A stretch of DNA of 16,575 nucleotides from Pseudomonadota bacterium (GTDB taxonomy: Bacteria > Bdellovibrionota > FAC87 > UBA2466): the NCBI GenBank assembly GCA_043767805.1, contig JAYUGC010000037.1:1-16575 (forward strand), written 5' to 3'. The notes under the pieces are model-generated. The model did no database searches. It had not been told where the DNA came from and worked only from the letters and a program-made list of their open reading frames with translations. The position numbers were made by a program, and so were the translations under genes. Below, piece by piece: positions 14,511 to 16,575 of the stretch (position 1 is its first letter; every line of letters starts with the position of its first letter).

Positions 14511-15151
14511 TGCATCAGATTCTCGCCCATCTCGAAGGCAAGAAGCACGTCATCTGGGACTGGAACGGTACCCTCCTGGACGACGTGGACCTCGCGGTGG
14601 AAGCCATTGGCGAAGTGCTCGAGGCCCATGGCCTGCCCCGCATCGAGATTGAGGCCTACCGAGAGACGTTCTGTTTTCCCATTTCCGAGTACTACCGCAA
14701 GCTCGGATTCGCCAAAGGCACGGCCGCTTTCGAAACGGCGACGCTTCAATTCGTCGAAAGCTACCGCAAGCGCGTCGGCACTAGCCGTCTACACGCGGGC
14801 ACCGAGCTCGTCTTGAAGACCATTCAAGACAGTGGCGTGAAACAGTCGATTCTTTCCGCCGCTCATCAAGACGATCTCGAGTCCTTACTGAAGCACTTCG
14901 GGATCCGGGCTTACTTCGATCACATCTTCGGTTTGAACGACCACTACGCGGCCGGCAAGATCGATCGGGGGCATAAGCTCATCAAAGCTTGCGGCATTCC
15001 CGCCAAAGATTCTCTCTTGATTGGAGACACCGATCACGACTGGGAAGTCGGACAAGCGCTGGGGCTCGACGTACTTCTGCTCGGAGACGGCCACCAGACC
15101 CACGAGCGCTTAAAACCCCTCAAGGCGAAGCTCATCCTCGCTAGGAAATAA
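14510..15151 (+). CDS. HAD-superfamily hydrolase (phosphoglycolate phosphatase-like), 213 aa
   Basis: Motif I WDWNGTLLDD, motif II LSA, motif III K (AAGK), motif IV IGDTDHD. Confidence 0.92.
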   Translation: MHQILAHLEGKKHVIWDWNGTLLDDVDLAVEAIGEVLEAHGLPRIEIEAYRETFCFPISEYYRKLGFAKGTAAFETATLQFVESYRKRVGTSRLHAGTELVLKTIQDSGVKQSILSAAHQDDLESLLKHFGIRAYFDHIFGLNDHYAAGKIDRGHKLIKACGIPAKDSLLIGDTDHDWEVGQALGLDVLLLGDGHQTHERLKPLKAKLILARK

Positions 15152-15638
15152 TTTTCAGCGAATCGAGCTTGCAGTAGGAGCCGAGCGTATAGACGAGCGG
15201 CGAGAGGCTTCCGTCGAAAGTCCCCGAAACCACTTCCCCGATGAAGAGCGTGTGATCGCCCCCATCGAACGAGTGGATAACCTTACAGTCGAGCGAGCCC
15301 ATGGAGCCGTCGAGCAAAGGGCAACCCGTCGTACCTGGCTTCCAGCCGATGCCTTCGAAACGGTTCGTTTCCTTGTCCTTGTGACGGCCGGCGAAACGAT
15401 CGGAGTGGAGCGCTTGCGCGTCGGACAATAGGTTGATGGCGAAGACTTTCGTCTTACCGACGATTTCCGCGGTGCGGGATTTCTTTCCGAGGCTCACCAG
15501 CATGGCCGGAGGCGTAAGCGAAACGGAGATAAACGCATTCACGGTCATGCCGTGGTACTCGCCCTCCGAATGACAGGTGACGACGGAAATCCCCGTCACG
15601 TTCTTGCCCATGACTTTTCTAAATACTTGGGAGTCCAT
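15141..15638 (-). CDS. Flavin reductase-like protein (HpaC/RutF type), 165 aa
   Basis: FRKVMG..VTGISVVT, GMTVNAFISVSLTPP, FAINLL, GGDHTLFIGEV, PLVY. Confidence 0.95.
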   Translation of the reverse strand: MDSQVFRKVMGKNVTGISVVTCHSEGEYHGMTVNAFISVSLTPPAMLVSLGKKSRTAEIVGKTKVFAINLLSDAQALHSDRFAGRHKDKETNRFEGIGWKPGTTGCPLLDGSMGSLDCKVIHSFDGGDHTLFIGEVVSGTFDGSLSPLVYTLGSYCKLDSLKIIS

Positions 15639-15686
15639 GCCCTCTTTTAGCGGGCGGCCTCCCCATAAGTCAAAGCCTCGGCCCCG

Positions 15687-15716
15687 TCTTAAAAGGTACG
15701 GCGCTACCTTTTAAGA
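15687..15716 (-). terminator. Perfect 12-bp inverted repeat at the ampG stop (probable terminator)
   Basis: TCTTAAAAGGTA (15687-15698) / TACCTTTTAAGA (15705-15716) with a 6-nt loop. One arm contains the ampG TAA. Confidence 0.55.
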
Positions 15717-16574
15717 GGCGCGGGCGGCGGCGTCGGCTTCGAAGTCTTTACGGAAGCTCCAGAGTAGGAGCAGGCCAGGAATGGCGAGCACGGCACTTAG
15801 CGTGAAATACCCCGACCACCCCAGCTGTTCCTGAGCATAGCCCGTGTAGGAGCCCACGAACGGACGGCTAATCGCCATGACGCTCGAAAAGAGCGCGAAC
15901 TGAGTCGCCGTGTATTTCTTGTTACAGAGGCTCATCAGAAACGCGACGAACGCCGTCGAGCCCATCCCGGAGCAAAACTGCTCGACGCCGATGGAGGCGG
16001 CCATGATGCCGTAGTTCGGGCCCACTTTGGTCAAAATGATGAAGAGCAAATTCGAAAAAGGCTGGATGATTCCAAACAGCATGAGCGACTTCCAAATCTT
16101 CAAGCGCGCGACAATCCAGCCCGCGACGAGAGAGCCGGCGATGGTCGCCGTCATGCCGAGCCCTTTGTTCAAGGCGCCAATGGCCGTGCGGGTAAAGCCG
16201 GTCTTGATGAGAAAAGGCGTGAGCATTTCCTGGGCGAACACGTCACCCAGCTTAAAGACGATGATGAAGGTGAGAATCTTCCAGGCTCCCGTTCTTTCAA
16301 AAAAAGTACGAAACGGAAAAATAATCGCCTCTGAAATGGTCCTCGGAGGCTTGGCGGCCTGAGTGGGCTCGGGTGCAAGAAAGGCGGTTACGAGGCCGAC
16401 GCTCATGAGAAGTGCGAGCAAGAGATACACCTGGCTCCACGGCATGTGATCGGAAAGAATGAAGGCCACCGCGCCAGAAACGATGAGACCTATGCGCGCG
16501 CCCACGGTCGCAACCGCGGCGCCGGGACCGAGCTCCTCGGGCAATAGTAATTCCGCGCGGTACGCGTCGATGAC
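15711..16574 (-). CDS. ampG: AmpG-family muropeptide MFS permease, 5'-truncated by the window edge
   Basis: Frame is open to the edge (VIDAYRAELL...). AmpG signatures IDAYR.E, FKLGD, GMGSTAFVAFLMSLCNKKYTATQFALFSS, and multiple TM helices. Confidence 0.93.
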   Translation of the reverse strand, partial: VIDAYRAELLLPEELGPGAAVATVGARIGLIVSGAVAFILSDHMPWSQVYLLLALLMSVGLVTAFLAPEPTQAAKPPRTISEAIIFPFRTFFERTGAWKILTFIIVFKLGDVFAQEMLTPFLIKTGFTRTAIGALNKGLGMTATIAGSLVAGWIVARLKIWKSLMLFGIIQPFSNLLFIILTKVGPNYGIMAASIGVEQFCSGMGSTAFVAFLMSLCNKKYTATQFALFSSVMAISRPFVGSYTGYAQEQLGWSGYFTLSAVLAIPGLLLLWSFRKDFEADAAARAS

Positions 16575-16575
16575 G

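Noticed and set aside
14002..14652. 216-aa alternative-frame ORF spanning the caspase-fold and HAD genes
   Set aside because: Arg/Pro-rich off-frame translation overlapping two motif-supported genes.
12822..16574. M14 peptidase + ampG as a peptidoglycan-recycling (MpaA-like) cluster
   Set aside because: They are separated by three unrelated genes and belong to different transcription units, and the peptidase has a signal peptide. Linkage cannot be supported from the sequence.

Overview
GC-rich bacterial window. Gene content suggests Bdellovibrionota or a related predatory/gliding deltaproteobacterial lineage (inference). The left half (1-8546, + strand) is a surface-protein locus. It contains a 5'-truncated multi-beta-sandwich protein, a myxobacterial/Bdellovibrio-type outer-membrane beta-barrel (GltA/B/H-like), a GltC-like TPR protein, and a tandem array of four paralogous lipoproteins. 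Each lipoprotein has a lipobox, a vWA/MIDAS domain and a C-terminal beta domain, resembling CglB/MIDAS adhesins. Copies 2-4 appear to have their own promoters, and the four copies are sequence mosaics of one another. This putative barrel + TPR platform with an interchangeable adhesin repertoire is the most notable element. The right half contains a membrane-anchored Cys-rich/TPR protein (-) and a structured 244-bp intergenic region. Next is a minus-strand operon of an exported M14 carboxypeptidase, an exported agmatine/peptidylarginine deiminase and a relic of a DDAH/amidinotransferase gene. It is followed by a stand-alone caspase-fold (DUF6642-like) protein, a HAD phosphatase, a flavin reductase and a 5'-truncated ampG. 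I saw no rRNA, tRNA, CRISPR array or mobile element. All family calls come from motif recognition, not database searches.
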